Source of the DNA: a virus
Taxonomy: Duplodnaviria > Caudoviricetes
Virus record (IMG/VR): IMGVR_UViG_2548876809_000002
Coordinates: 18,058 to 82,057 of that record
Direction: 5' to 3' (one strand)
Length of the DNA: 64,000 nt
Shown here: positions 1 to 10,334 of the stretch, piece by piece
Layout of the letters: every line of letters starts with the position of its first letter
Position numbering within the stretch: position 1 is the first letter of the stretch
Translations under genes and position numbers: made by a program
The notes under the pieces: generated by a model
The model's database searches: none
What the model saw: only the letters and a program-made list of their open reading frames with translations
What the model was told of the DNA's origin: nothing

Positions 1-133
1 CGGCCAGTTCAGCTTCCATTTGGCCGCGCTCGATGACCGAGGCTGCGCGGAGGTTGAACACCGGGGCGTTCGGCTTCCCTTCCAGCCACGCGGGCGTGAA
101 GGGAACCGTCTCGGTCGTGCTGGTGACGATCAT
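1..133 (-). CDS. Partial tail gene after tail tube (MIVTSTTETVPFTPAW...), probable tail assembly chaperone
   Basis: ATG at 133 overlaps the tube stop codon; frame stays open to the window edge; product inferred from position. Confidence 0.5.
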   Translation of the reverse strand, partial: MIVTSTTETVPFTPAWLEGKPNAPVFNLRAASVIERGQMEAELA

Positions 134-1368
134 CAGTAGAACACCAGGTAGCCGTCGGTGTCGCGCGTCACTGCATCGCGACCGATTGTCAGGACCTGCA
201 ATCCGGTATCTTCCGACGCCAGCTTGCCGCGCGTGCCGTTGTCGCTGCTCACCGGCTGCGCCTTCGGCAGGACCAGCGCCCAGCGGTTACCCAACTGCGA
301 ACCATGGCGCAGCACCGCAGGCATGGTCACGCCGTTGCCGATGTCGCTGACGGTGTCACGGTTGGCGACCAGCGTGGCAAGCGGATCGACCTTCAGCATC
401 TTCATGCGGTCGACGACCTGCCCGGCACCGAACCCGTAAATCGTGTTGGGATCGTCCGGCACTTCGATCTGGCTGCCGGGATCGAGCGACCAGGTGCTGA
501 TCGTCAGCGGCTTCATGTTCATGGACGCTGCCGGCGACTTGGACGACCCCTGCACCAGCACCGGGGCGGTGTGGCCAGCGATCACCAGAGTGGTCGGCAT
601 CGCGGCGTCGACCTTGCCCTGATAGACACCGGTCATATTGAAGGTGCCGTAGCCGGGACGCGCGCTCTTGCCATCGAGCGCAACCGTTCCGCGGCAGCCG
701 GTGAACTTGCGCAGCGTGCCGTCGATGTAAATGTAGACCGTCGCTGACGGCTGGTCGACGAGCCGGGCCGCGCCGTCGATCGGCGACGTGTTGGCATAGG
801 TCCAGTTCGCCGGAACGGAGACGCTGGTCGAGGCGTCGAGGGGCGGGGTGAAGGTCTCCGACAGGGTCGCAACACGCGCCGCAGAATATTCGATGATCGC
901 CGGCGCAGCGCCCGCGCCGGTGCCTGCGCCGATGAGCAGCAACATACCGAGCAATGCCCGCACAGTGCTGGGGAAGCTGGCAGGCAGGGTCACGCTGTTC
1001 GCGCCGCCGGCGGTCACCAATGCCGCGACGATCGCCGCCGTGAACTGGCCACGCATGCCGCAGGCCTGGAACGCCGGATGCAGGGGCGGCTTGACGGTCG
1101 CGCTGTAGATCGCGCCTGCGCCCGCGCCCTTGATGCGCGACTTGAAGGAGAAGGTCGACGCCTGCCCGATGATCAGCGGCGCGCCCGCGACGAGCGAGCC
1201 GGTTGCTTCGTTCGCGGCCTCGTTGGTCCACGGGTTGTTCGTCGTGACGGAGTCTGCCTCGACCGGGATCGCGTCAACCGCCGGATCCGGCTGAGCGTCA
1301 ACGTTCTCGATCGTTTCGAGCTTGATCAGGACCGCAACGTTCGTCGGTCGGATGGTCTGGTCTGCCAT
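133..1368 (-). CDS. Phage tail tube protein (long form, 411 aa)
   Basis: Follows tail terminator; beta-rich tube-like sequence. Confidence 0.7.
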   Translation of the reverse strand: MADQTIRPTNVAVLIKLETIENVDAQPDPAVDAIPVEADSVTTNNPWTNEAANEATGSLVAGAPLIIGQASTFSFKSRIKGAGAGAIYSATVKPPLHPAFQACGMRGQFTAAIVAALVTAGGANSVTLPASFPSTVRALLGMLLLIGAGTGAGAAPAIIEYSAARVATLSETFTPPLDASTSVSVPANWTYANTSPIDGAARLVDQPSATVYIYIDGTLRKFTGCRGTVALDGKSARPGYGTFNMTGVYQGKVDAAMPTTLVIAGHTAPVLVQGSSKSPAASMNMKPLTISTWSLDPGSQIEVPDDPNTIYGFGAGQVVDRMKMLKVDPLATLVANRDTVSDIGNGVTMPAVLRHGSQLGNRWALVLPKAQPVSSDNGTRGKLASEDTGLQVLTIGRDAVTRDTDGYLVFY

Positions 1369-1377
1369 TATGGTCTC

Positions 1378-1809
1378 CTATGCGGGCTGGGCGGGATCAT
1401 CCCGACGGGTTGCGTATGTGAGCGAGAAATCGATCGCGAAGCCGAGGCGCGGCTTGTCGGCTAGCGGTGCAACGGTGATCCGCATGTCGCCTTCGTCCAG
1501 CGTCTCGACGAGCCCGCCGAGGGGCGGGTCGGTAACCAGCGCGGCGACCGTCGCGGCGTAAAAGTTGTTGAGCGCGAGATAGGCGGCTTGCCCGCCCGGC
1601 TGCTCGAGGTATCCCTCGACCGTGAAGTCGATCTGATAGCGAGTGATGCCCGCCTCCAGTTCGACGATCGATTGACCGTTGTCGAAAATATGGCGCGCCG
1701 GAAACTCGACCGGATCGGACGATGGCATCAGCTCGGTTTCGGCAGTGTCGCCGATCGCGGTGAGGCGCGCCAAGATGTCGAGGAAGATATCGGAACGAAC
1801 AGCGGTCAC
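1378..1809 (-). CDS. Tail terminator/completion protein
   Basis: GTG at 1809 overlaps the upstream stop; position and size. Confidence 0.55.
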   Translation of the reverse strand: MTAVRSDIFLDILARLTAIGDTAETELMPSSDPVEFPARHIFDNGQSIVELEAGITRYQIDFTVEGYLEQPGGQAAYLALNNFYAATVAALVTDPPLGGLVETLDEGDMRITVAPLADKPRLGFAIDFSLTYATRRDDPAQPA

Positions 1810-2123
1810 GCTGCGATCTCCAATGTCACGACCCAAGCACCCACATCATCACGGTCGACCACCTCGGTCACGGCCCACACCTTGCCGCGTCGAGTGATCC
1901 GGGTCTGTTTGTTGGGGCGCGTCGGGACTGCAATCTGTTCGATCTCTGCGGTCTTCGTGCGGGTCGTGTTGCCCGGTCCCTGAAAGGCCTCCCCCGGCTC
2001 GTCCGACCAGATCACCGGCAGGCCGAAGATCGTGGCGGATTCGAAGCCTACCGCCGGGAGATAGTCGACAGGCTCGGACATGGCGGCGCGGATCGCCGCG
2101 AGCGCTGCCGCCTCGCCGTCCAT
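1806..2123 (-). CDS. Head-tail joining protein (gpFII-like)
   Basis: 105 aa, beta-rich, lambda-like neck position. Confidence 0.55.
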   Translation of the reverse strand: MDGEAAALAAIRAAMSEPVDYLPAVGFESATIFGLPVIWSDEPGEAFQGPGNTTRTKTAEIEQIAVPTRPNKQTRITRRGKVWAVTEVVDRDDVGAWVVTLEIAA

Positions 2124-2311
2124 TATTCCGCAGCGTCCTTGGCAACGGCGAGCGCTGCAGTTTCAGACACGGCAACACGAATGCCGACTAGCGCCTTGGC
2201 GCATTCGGCGGAAATCTGTTCAGGGTTATCCCCAATCTCGAGCGTCGCGCCGGCATCGACATAGCCGCCGTCGTTCCGCACGGCAGCACCGTACAGTGTG
2301 ATCTTCTTCAT
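2123..2311 (-). CDS. Small virion-associated hypothetical protein (MKKITLYG..., 62 aa)
   Basis: RBS-supported ATG; stop overlaps next start. Confidence 0.55.
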   Translation of the reverse strand: MKKITLYGAAVRNDGGYVDAGATLEIGDNPEQISAECAKALVGIRVAVSETAALAVAKDAAE

Positions 2312-2394
2312 GGGATATTCTCCGAAAATAGCGGACGGCAGGGCACTTGCCGAGCCGCCCGCCAGTCTGCGCCAGGGGGCAGAAAGCCGACGGG

Positions 2395-2727
2395 TTAGGA
2401 AACCTGCCCAGTCAGCAGCACGCGCCCCACGGTGTCGGCCGATGCCTGCGCCTGCGCTACGACACCAACCAGCGTGTTGCTGGTTGCAGTGGTCGTGAGG
2501 TTGAAAGCCGCATTGTCCCAGTAGACTTTCTGGCCTTGGGTCCACGCTCCGGCTGCCTTGGCGAGATCCCAGACCCCGACCCGGCGCGCTTCGACCTGCG
2601 ATCCCGATGCCGCATCGGCGAGCGCGACGGCGAAGAGTGCGCCGACTAGCAGTCCGCTACCCGACGAGACCGCGCGCGGCGCGATAAGGGTGAGAGTTTC
2701 ACCCGGCTGCACATAGTTCTTGGCCAT
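2395..2727 (-). CDS. DUF2190-family capsid cement/decoration protein
   Basis: MAKNYVQPG...G.WDLAK...G.KVYWD pattern after capsid gene. Confidence 0.8.
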   Translation of the reverse strand: MAKNYVQPGETLTLIAPRAVSSGSGLLVGALFAVALADAASGSQVEARRVGVWDLAKAAGAWTQGQKVYWDNAAFNLTTTATSNTLVGVVAQAQASADTVGRVLLTGQVS

Positions 2728-2732
2728 GAGAC

Positions 2733-3191
2733 TTATTCCTTGCTTGGCGCGGGCTTACGGGTCCGCGACTTGGGTGCTGCCTCGGCAGCGGGTTCGGCTT
2801 CCGGGTCAGCGACAAGCGCAGGCTCCGCGGCTCCGAGGTCAGCTTCGGCAACCATCGCCTCACCTGCGACGGGTTCGGCTTCGGCCGCCGGCGCTTCCAG
2901 CGCGGTCAGGTGCGCTTCCGGCTCGGCTGCATCCGCAACATGCTGCGGTGCGACTTCCGATTGATGCGGATTGTCCGTTGCGGGGGCCTCCTCCATGCCA
3001 CCGGGCGCACTGATATGCTCGACCGGCGCAGCATCATTCTGATTGGAGGTGAAATCGTCGGTCACATCGACCGCAACGGCATCTGCGAACAGCTTGGTCG
3101 CTTCGTCGGTTTCGGTGTGGATCACCCCCTCGGAGGGGTGACGCAGAACCCCGCCCACGTAGGCCGAGGTCAAGAGCTTGATGAAACGCAT
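2733..3191 (-). CDS. Acidic Ala/Glu/Pro-rich hypothetical head protein
   Basis: ATG at 3191 with RBS; low-complexity C-terminus; lies between capsid and DUF2190. Confidence 0.6.
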   Translation of the reverse strand: MRFIKLLTSAYVGGVLRHPSEGVIHTETDEATKLFADAVAVDVTDDFTSNQNDAAPVEHISAPGGMEEAPATDNPHQSEVAPQHVADAAEPEAHLTALEAPAAEAEPVAGEAMVAEADLGAAEPALVADPEAEPAAEAAPKSRTRKPAPSKE

Positions 3192-3250
3192 AGGGTATCT
3201 CCTGCTGATCAGCGGAGCGACCAGAGCCGCCCCGCGTCGCGGTTCCGCGA

Positions 3251-5434
3251 TTAAGCGCCGGGCTGCTTGTAGCCCGAGCGCCAGTTGACGGCGCCGACGC
3301 CGTAGTCGTGGCGGACCTTCCATTCGACACCGTCAGTCCGCCACCCGTCCTGGCTGTCTGTGAACGGCTCGGTCACGCCGTTAAGGAACACGACCTCGAG
3401 CGTCGGCGACACGCTGGGGTCGGCGAAGGCGTAATAGGCAGTACCGGTAAGGCGCGGCGTATCGACGATCGTCGAGAACAGGCCATTGACGATGTTCGGC
3501 ACCATGAACTTACCGGTCTGGTCCGGGTCGTACTGTGCGCCGTTGAGGCGGCGGGCCGCCCCGCCGAGGCCGATCGGGGCGAGCAGGATCGCCGGATTAT
3601 TGCCCCCGAGGAACTCGTTGCCCGAAAGGTCCTTCTGCGACGCCATCGCCACGCGGATCGCGTCGAGAGTGTTCACGCCGAGCGCTGCACCGGTCGCGGC
3701 AAGGTTGCCGTGCGCCGTAGAGAACAGCTGGTTGCCGTCGTTCATCGTCGGGTTGCTGTTGAGCAGGGCGTAGACGTCGACTTCGATCGTAAGCTTGGCG
3801 GCGCGACCGAGATCGACCGCGAGGCCCGAGAATATTTCCATATCATCGTTGACGATCGCCTGTCGCGACAGGCTGATCATGTTGCCGACCGTCTTCGCCT
3901 TGATCACTTCCTTGGCGAGATCCGGGATCGGCTTGTTCTTGAACTCGCCAGCCTCATTCACCGTATCGAGTGCGCCGAACGTGCCGCGGAGATACCGGGT
4001 GTGCTGCCGGAAATCCATGACGCTGCCGATACCGCAGAACTGGCTCCAGGTGTCGGGGGCCGTGGCGTATGCCGCCTGCAGGATGCGATGGATCGCATTT
4101 TCGAACAGGACCGGGAAGTCGCTGGTCGTCTGCGTGATCACCGCACCGCGCGTCGTCATGGCTTCGCGAACGACCGAGTCCGGATCGCGCATCGACCGCG
4201 TATTCACGCCGAGGTTGTCCAGCGCCTCGCGTGCCAGATCGGCATTGCGCATGTTGCGGAACTCACCCGGATCGACGCGCGCCTCCGTCGCCGACTTGCC
4301 TGCCTTCATCGCTGCCCGTTCGACGAGCGACGCGACACCCGCGCGGACGAGAATGGCGTTGGTCGCGCCTTCACGAAACTTCTCGCGCTGGTCGAGGGTC
4401 ACGCGCGCCGGGCTGCTGTGCCCGATGTTCGCCGAATCGCCGGCATCTGCGAGCTTGTCGAGGATCTTCTCGCGCGCCACAGCAAGGCTGGTACCGTCCG
4501 CGACCAAGCCGTCGATGAAATCCGAAGGCAGATTATGCTTCGTGCCGAGCGCGCGGATCCCGGCAGTGCGGGTGCGTTCCGCCGAGACGGCGTTCTGGAT
4601 GTCCGCCGCGGTCAGCTGGCTGATGAGAGGATCGGCAGTTGCCGGGGTCAACGCCAATGCGCCACTGGCCGGCAGTGCGTCCCGCGCGTCGAGCGCAATG
4701 GCCGAGGCCGTGATCTTGTCGATCTCGGTTTGAGTTCCGCCGTCCTTCTGGAAAGCGGAGATCGCGGCAACCAGCGCCGCGCGGGTCTTGTAGAGGTCCA
4801 TGGTTTTCTCCTGTGGACGGTGAGGAGCGGACGCGGCCGCTTTGGGCTTGCCGATCATCGCCATTGCGGAGATGCGCGGGGTCTCCGGGGCCTTGCGGAA
4901 CCCGAATGCTGTGACGTCACAGGCCGCGGCGCTGGACGCCTCGGTCACGGACGTGATGAACTTCTGCTCGAGCGCCTGCTCGCTGGTCAGCCAGGTCTCG
5001 GCATCGAGCATGGGCACGAGCTCGTCGGCGGTGAGCCCGGTCTGCCCCGAATAGATGCGGACCAATTGGTCGCGGATGACATCGAGCTTGTCGGCTGCGG
5101 CACGCAGCTCGCGCGCGTCGCCGATCGCCACATCCCAAGGGTTGTGGATCATCATCAGCGCATTGTCGGCCATGATGATCTCATCACCCGCCATCGCGAT
5201 GACCGAGGCCATGGAAGCTGCCAGACCGTCGATATGGATCGTGACCTTGCGGCCCGCCGTCTTCGCACCGATCAGCGCGTTGAAGATCGCCAGACCTTCC
5301 ATGACGTAACCACCAGGCGAATTGACGCGGACGACCAAGTCATCATCACCGCCTGCGATCAGACCAAAAAGGGTCTTGGCATCGAGCCCGTCCCATTCGT
5401 CGCCAACGATGCCGTAAATCAAAATTTCGGTCAT
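3251..5434 (-). CDS. ClpP-like prohead protease / major capsid protein fusion
   Basis: INSPGG-like, ASMAS and MIHNP ClpP motifs at N-terminus; Mu-like/HK97-fold capsid C-terminus. Confidence 0.9.
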   Translation of the reverse strand: MTEILIYGIVGDEWDGLDAKTLFGLIAGGDDDLVVRVNSPGGYVMEGLAIFNALIGAKTAGRKVTIHIDGLAASMASVIAMAGDEIIMADNALMMIHNPWDVAIGDARELRAAADKLDVIRDQLVRIYSGQTGLTADELVPMLDAETWLTSEQALEQKFITSVTEASSAAACDVTAFGFRKAPETPRISAMAMIGKPKAAASAPHRPQEKTMDLYKTRAALVAAISAFQKDGGTQTEIDKITASAIALDARDALPASGALALTPATADPLISQLTAADIQNAVSAERTRTAGIRALGTKHNLPSDFIDGLVADGTSLAVAREKILDKLADAGDSANIGHSSPARVTLDQREKFREGATNAILVRAGVASLVERAAMKAGKSATEARVDPGEFRNMRNADLAREALDNLGVNTRSMRDPDSVVREAMTTRGAVITQTTSDFPVLFENAIHRILQAAYATAPDTWSQFCGIGSVMDFRQHTRYLRGTFGALDTVNEAGEFKNKPIPDLAKEVIKAKTVGNMISLSRQAIVNDDMEIFSGLAVDLGRAAKLTIEVDVYALLNSNPTMNDGNQLFSTAHGNLAATGAALGVNTLDAIRVAMASQKDLSGNEFLGGNNPAILLAPIGLGGAARRLNGAQYDPDQTGKFMVPNIVNGLFSTIVDTPRLTGTAYYAFADPSVSPTLEVVFLNGVTEPFTDSQDGWRTDGVEWKVRHDYGVGAVNWRSGYKQPGA

Positions 5435-6961
5435 TTATGCCCCCTGGGCTGCACCGGACGAACCGGTGTTGGCGGCGTCTGCCGGGTTACCGACCGCGGT
5501 GACGCGGCGCGGATCGGAGTCGAAAATGAGGCCAAGCTCATCGAGCTTCTCCGCATCGGCTTTCCACTCAGCGAGGAAGGTATCTGGATCTTCACCCCGT
5601 TCGCGTGCCCACTGCGAAATCGTCTTCCCGCCGGCGCGGATCGCATCGCGGCTGGCTTTCACCTCTTCCGATGGGTTGATCATCTCACGGCCCGGCGGTG
5701 TCCAACGAACCGTTACACCGGACGTGCTCTCGCCGAGCATTTCGAGTGCTTCGATCATCCATGTGCCTACCGCGCCGCAGAACTGCGGGATGAACATGCC
5801 CCACTGCCAAGTCGACAGAGACCGCTGGTATTCGAGCCAGCCCATGCGACCGGATGAGAAATTGACGTTGGAGAGATCGCCCGTCAGAGCCTCGTATGGC
5901 GTGCCCAGACCCGCCGCGATCGCGCGGAGCGAAACCTTCGAATATTCGGCATAGCCATCGACTTTGGGCGGGTCCGAAAATTCGATCTTCTGCCCTTTTC
6001 CAAGGGTGCTGATCGTTCCGGGATCTACAAAGTCCAGCGCCGGTCCATCGGGAGTCGCTTCGTCAGTGCCAACGAGCGGCGATATGCTTGGCCCCGTCCC
6101 ATCGTCGTATAGAAAGCCAGCGAAGGCCGCGGCAATCTTCTGTCTCGTCAGTTCTGCGTCTTCGAAGTCGCCGAAATCCTTCATCCGCAGCACGACGGGA
6201 GCAAACCAGGTCGCACCGTGCTCCATCTCGGGTCGATCGGCGCGAAAGACGTGGGCGACGTCTGCGGCCGGAACGAACTTTGACGCCAGCGAACTCGGCC
6301 GCGAACTCCCGGGGTGGCCGCTGTATAGCCAATATCCCTCACGTGCGCCGAGCGGGTTGAACTGCACGCCGTTGACGACGAAGCCACCGGCCACGCCAGG
6401 CGCGGTTGCCAGCGCGCCATGTTTCGACGGATCGATATAATCGGGCTCTAGGACCTGCAGCTGAAATGGCAGGGCCAATCCATCCGAGGTCCGTCGCCAG
6501 CGACGACGCATGACTGCGGCACCGCTTTCAACGATCGTGCGGGCTGCTTGCAGCTGGAGGCCGTAAAGGTCGTGCCGCCCACCAGAATCGCATGAAGTCG
6601 TGTCGAAGTGTCGCCGCGCGATCGCGTTCAATCGGTTGTCGATCACGCCGTCGCGGTAGACCTGAAAGGTGATCCCGGTTCCGACCATGTTGTTGGCGAT
6701 GGTCGACACGCCGCGCGCTGCGAACGGATTGTTTCGAACGAGATCCCGCGCGATGCCGCGCAGCGCCGCCATGACTGCTGGCGACAGTTCGCCATTGGCG
6801 TCGCGCTGTGTCCGCCGCCAGCCAGCGGAGCGCCGCCCGAACGTCGCGCCGTCATATTCGGCCCGCGTGCCGCGACCAAATGCAATTCGCTGAGCTGGTG
6901 ATGGCTGCGGAACTGCCTCCGGGGCGCGACCCAGAAGCCGATCAAGAAAACTGCGGGCCAT
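5435..6961 (-). CDS. Portal protein, lambda family
   Basis: 508 aa; R..ARDLVRNNP and NFSSGRMG motifs. Confidence 0.92.
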   Translation of the reverse strand: MARSFLDRLLGRAPEAVPQPSPAQRIAFGRGTRAEYDGATFGRRSAGWRRTQRDANGELSPAVMAALRGIARDLVRNNPFAARGVSTIANNMVGTGITFQVYRDGVIDNRLNAIARRHFDTTSCDSGGRHDLYGLQLQAARTIVESGAAVMRRRWRRTSDGLALPFQLQVLEPDYIDPSKHGALATAPGVAGGFVVNGVQFNPLGAREGYWLYSGHPGSSRPSSLASKFVPAADVAHVFRADRPEMEHGATWFAPVVLRMKDFGDFEDAELTRQKIAAAFAGFLYDDGTGPSISPLVGTDEATPDGPALDFVDPGTISTLGKGQKIEFSDPPKVDGYAEYSKVSLRAIAAGLGTPYEALTGDLSNVNFSSGRMGWLEYQRSLSTWQWGMFIPQFCGAVGTWMIEALEMLGESTSGVTVRWTPPGREMINPSEEVKASRDAIRAGGKTISQWARERGEDPDTFLAEWKADAEKLDELGLIFDSDPRRVTAVGNPADAANTGSSGAAQGA

Positions 6962-6963
6962 GA

Positions 6964-7179
6964 TTACAGGCCGCTGCGATAATAAGGCGTACGCCGACGC
7001 GACAATCCGCTGGTCGCCTGAGCCTGCATGTTAAGCTGCGCCTCAATCACCCCGCGCGCGGCCAGAAGATGGTCGAGGGACTGATATTCAGTACGGCGTC
7101 CATCAGCGAACGTGACCGAGCGGATACCGCTTGAGATGGCTTGGTCGAGCCGATCGAGGTCGGACTGTTGATACGCCAT
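6964..7179 (-). CDS. gpW-like head-tail adaptor
   Basis: 71 aa between TerL and portal; SVTFADGRRTEY motif. Confidence 0.8.
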   Translation of the reverse strand: MAYQQSDLDRLDQAISSGIRSVTFADGRRTEYQSLDHLLAARGVIEAQLNMQAQATSGLSRRRTPYYRSGL

Positions 7180-7181
7180 TC

Positions 7182-9317
7182 CTACCTCCTCTTTTTGTAC
7201 GGGTTGGTTTTCCGCGAAGCCGGAGCTTGCCGCGGTTGTGGGTCTTCAGTTTCGCTAACCGCATCACGTACTGCCGCTGGTTCCGGCGGTGCCGTTAATG
7301 GACGATCGAACAGATTCGGCTGGGCTGCACTGGCGGGGCCATGCCGCTCCGCACGCAAGCGCGCCCAATCCGCCGCGGTCAGAGTATCGAGCATCAGCTT
7401 TTCGTATGCTGCCGTGTTGTAAACCCGGCAGTCCAACCAGTGATTTTCCCGCCCCGCGAGCGGCTTCCAAACACGTCGCGGCTGACCTCCGATCGTTTCG
7501 GTAACGATCGTCTCAGCAGTGATCTGCTCAAAATATTCGTCTGGTAGATCAACGTTGAAGTGCGCCCGGCCGCGGGCCGAAGTGATGACCCCTACCGTCT
7601 CTGTCGCCGCTGCCGTGATCGTTGACCGCAGAAAGCCGTACCAGCTCAGTTTTACTCCGAACGTGCCGACGATGAATGCTTTGTCCTCGGCACGTTTCGA
7701 CGCTTGCCCGGCTTTTCTGCCTTGCTGTTCGTAACGAAGGTTTTCGCCTCGTCCGAGGATCGGCAGGGCCCAACCTGCACGTCCGAAAACTGCCAGTCGA
7801 TTCGGATGCGCGCGACAGAACGCCTCGGCGGCTTCGGTGTGATAGCCCGCATCGACACAGATCTGGTCGATGCCGAACGTTTTCCCACCGGGGAAAACCA
7901 TCTTGCGTCGAGCGTACTGGTCGAGGTCGGCCCAAGCCCCCTCACCTTTGACGTCGGTTGCGCCGGGAAGGAAGCGAGCATCAAGCGTCCAGCTTTCCGC
8001 ATTCTCGCTCCACCCGACTTTCTCGAGGTATAACCCATCGCCCTGAACGTCGACGCCCATGGTCGTGACCAACGGGCCGACAGGGATCTGAACCGGCTGG
8101 CGAGGTCCCCACCCCTGCTCCCGCAACTCCCGCAGCTTTTCATAATCGGGCGTGCCACCCTTCAGCTCAAACTCAAACCCGTGAACCAGATTGGTCCAGG
8201 TCTTGAGCTTGTTCAAATCCCCCTGCGCTTCGCCAAACGAGACGGCCATGTCGCCCCAGGTCTGGAACGATGAAATGATGCCGGTCAGATGGAAACCACG
8301 CTTCACACTGGCCGGCATCTGCCCACGGGCAGCTTGGAATTCCTCCTCACTCATAACGCGGGGCATCTTCGCCCCTTCGATCTCGTCCGACAGCCAACCA
8401 TCCGGCAGCTTCATGGAAGCCTTCTGCCAGTGCTCCACATGGTCGAACCCGCAGCACGGCGGAATTAGGTGCGCCTCAGCCTGTTTGCCGTCCGGCCACT
8501 TGATGTCGTTCCACTCCGGAACGAACCGACTACCGCATTCGGGGCATTTGAGGTGATAGCGCCGCCGATCCGACGTGGCGTAAGCACGCCCGATCTTGCT
8601 CGTACCCTTGATCGTCGGAGTCGAGATTTTCAGGCGCTTCGATAGCCCCTGTCGACGCCAGACCTTCAACCGCTGGTCGACCATGACCTCGGGCGATCCC
8701 TGCCCGTCCAGGTCGTCAGGAAACTGATCAAGATCGTCTTCAACCGCGTATCGGACGGTACGCTGCCGGAGCGACGCCGCGGAATTTGCACCGGCGAGCA
8801 GGACGAAGCCGTTGGACCGCGAAAAGCGAACCTTGCTCTTTGTCGAACCATTGCCATCCGGCGTGCCAAGCGCCCGGATGGTTCCGCCCCGCTCGGGGTT
8901 CAACTTCGGCGTATTCTCGACCATCGGCCAGAATTTCTCAGCCGCCCACGCCAAGGCAGCAGTTAGCGTCGCCTGTACGAACAACATCGGCCCCGGCGCG
9001 AGATCGGATATGAATCCTATCCAGTTCTCGGCAGAGGCCGACCCGCCCGATTGTGCGCACTTGATGACCGGGACTTCTTCGCAGGGATCATGCGGCGAAA
9101 GCGCGTCCATGATCTCGACCAGTTCGGGTGCGGTTGCGTGCCGCCATGGCCCCGGGATTGGATCATCATCCGAGAACCGTCGAAACCTGCTTGCCCATTC
9201 GGATACTGCCATACGGGGCGGCGGACGCAGGCCGGAGGCGATCGCTCCATCGAGCGCCTCAACATTTGCTCGTAGGGCCACGCCGGCTGTGTCGCCGAAG
9301 TGACTGTAGTCGAACAT
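7182..9317 (-). CDS. Terminase large subunit, lambda gpA family
   Basis: KCAQSGGS Walker A, ISTPT, C-x2-C, GVDVQ and NHWLDC motifs. Confidence 0.93.
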   Translation of the reverse strand: MFDYSHFGDTAGVALRANVEALDGAIASGLRPPPRMAVSEWASRFRRFSDDDPIPGPWRHATAPELVEIMDALSPHDPCEEVPVIKCAQSGGSASAENWIGFISDLAPGPMLFVQATLTAALAWAAEKFWPMVENTPKLNPERGGTIRALGTPDGNGSTKSKVRFSRSNGFVLLAGANSAASLRQRTVRYAVEDDLDQFPDDLDGQGSPEVMVDQRLKVWRRQGLSKRLKISTPTIKGTSKIGRAYATSDRRRYHLKCPECGSRFVPEWNDIKWPDGKQAEAHLIPPCCGFDHVEHWQKASMKLPDGWLSDEIEGAKMPRVMSEEEFQAARGQMPASVKRGFHLTGIISSFQTWGDMAVSFGEAQGDLNKLKTWTNLVHGFEFELKGGTPDYEKLRELREQGWGPRQPVQIPVGPLVTTMGVDVQGDGLYLEKVGWSENAESWTLDARFLPGATDVKGEGAWADLDQYARRKMVFPGGKTFGIDQICVDAGYHTEAAEAFCRAHPNRLAVFGRAGWALPILGRGENLRYEQQGRKAGQASKRAEDKAFIVGTFGVKLSWYGFLRSTITAAATETVGVITSARGRAHFNVDLPDEYFEQITAETIVTETIGGQPRRVWKPLAGRENHWLDCRVYNTAAYEKLMLDTLTAADWARLRAERHGPASAAQPNLFDRPLTAPPEPAAVRDAVSETEDPQPRQAPASRKTNPYKKRR

Positions 9318-9319
9318 TC

Positions 9320-9928
9320 CTACTCCTCCGCCTCTTCGGCTGCAGCTACCTCATTCTCAATCGACGCTTCCTCCGCGCCGTCGTCGTCACTTGCCAAGAG
9401 GCCGCTGTCGACTTCGTCAGCGAGATCACTGAACACCTGGTCGATCTCGGCACCTCCGATCGCCATGATCGTGCGCGCGTCCCGCTCTGCGGCAAGCCGC
9501 TCTGCTATCGACCGGAACATCGAGTGCATCCGCTCGCGACAGACACGGCCTAGTTCGCCACTGCGCCGCTTCAGCTCCACCGCGGGAGCCAGCTCACCAG
9601 CTGCAAGCTTGTTCTTCAGCCGCTGGCCGATCAGCTGCTCTTCGGCAAGATCGGCCCGAACGTGGGCGGCGCTACGACGGCCGCTTAATAGATCGACGAC
9701 ATCGTCGCTTTGCGGTGCGGGCATCAGCGGCACGCCAGCCGTCGGACGGCCACGCATCGGATCAAGCTTCGTATTAATGCGAGCCTCGGTCCGTTCGACG
9801 TCCACCTTGAGGACCGACGTTTCCGGACACTCGCCCAAGACCAACAGGCCCTTCTTTGCCCAATTGGAAACGGCCGACTTGCCGACGCCGCGATGACGGG
9901 CGAACTCACCCTTCGTCATCAGCGTCAT
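9320..9928 (-). CDS. Terminase small subunit (Nu1-like)
   Basis: N-terminal winged HTH (EFARHRGVGKSAVSNW), directly upstream of TerL. Confidence 0.8.
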   Translation of the reverse strand: MTLMTKGEFARHRGVGKSAVSNWAKKGLLVLGECPETSVLKVDVERTEARINTKLDPMRGRPTAGVPLMPAPQSDDVVDLLSGRRSAAHVRADLAEEQLIGQRLKNKLAAGELAPAVELKRRSGELGRVCRERMHSMFRSIAERLAAERDARTIMAIGGAEIDQVFSDLADEVDSGLLASDDDGAEEASIENEVAAAEEAEE

Positions 9929-9944
9929 TTGGGGCTCCAATTCA

Positions 9945-10060
9945 CCACCGTGAACCAGTTCAGTTCACGAGGTTCATAATCCGAAACAGGGCTTGAACAG
10001 TGAAACCCTGCGCCTTTGCCCCCCGCATACGCCAAAATACCCGGAAGGACCCAAAGGGGG
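9945..10060 (-). other. Probable cos/packaging-initiation region of prophage A
   Basis: Non-coding, directly upstream of TerS; clustered GTTCA/TGAAC repeats and a GGTCCTTCC element; function inferred from position. Confidence 0.45.
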
Positions 10061-10196
10061 CACCCCCTGGGCAACGACCGTGCCAGATCTGCCCCACCCG
10101 CCCCGCCTCTGGCTGCATCCGCCCTCGGTTCGTCGCATTTCGCGCCGCGCCGCACCTGGTCAACGCCCGACCGCATCAAGCCCGTTGGCAAAACGC

Positions 10197-10236
10197 GGAA
10201 CGACCAGCCGTGCCCATCGAGCTGGCTGGTCGTTCC
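10197..10236 (-). terminator. 13-bp perfect hairpin in late leader, terminator-like
   Basis: GGAACGACCAGCC-N14-GGCTGGTCGTTCC, followed on the minus strand by GCGTTTT. Confidence 0.5.
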
Positions 10237-10334
10237 GAGGTTAGGAGAGGATGCTGCGCCGTGTCCGAAGGCCCGACCCAGTGTGACGTGGAATAGCCTG
10301 AAAAGGCCGTCGATGTGGACATTCAATATTTGCA

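Noticed and set aside
3308-5857. 849-aa plus-strand ORF, and similar long antisense ORFs (e.g. 42812-43999, 50999-52276, 46213-47316)
   Set aside because: Shadow frames of high-GC structural genes on the opposite strand; no motifs or RBS
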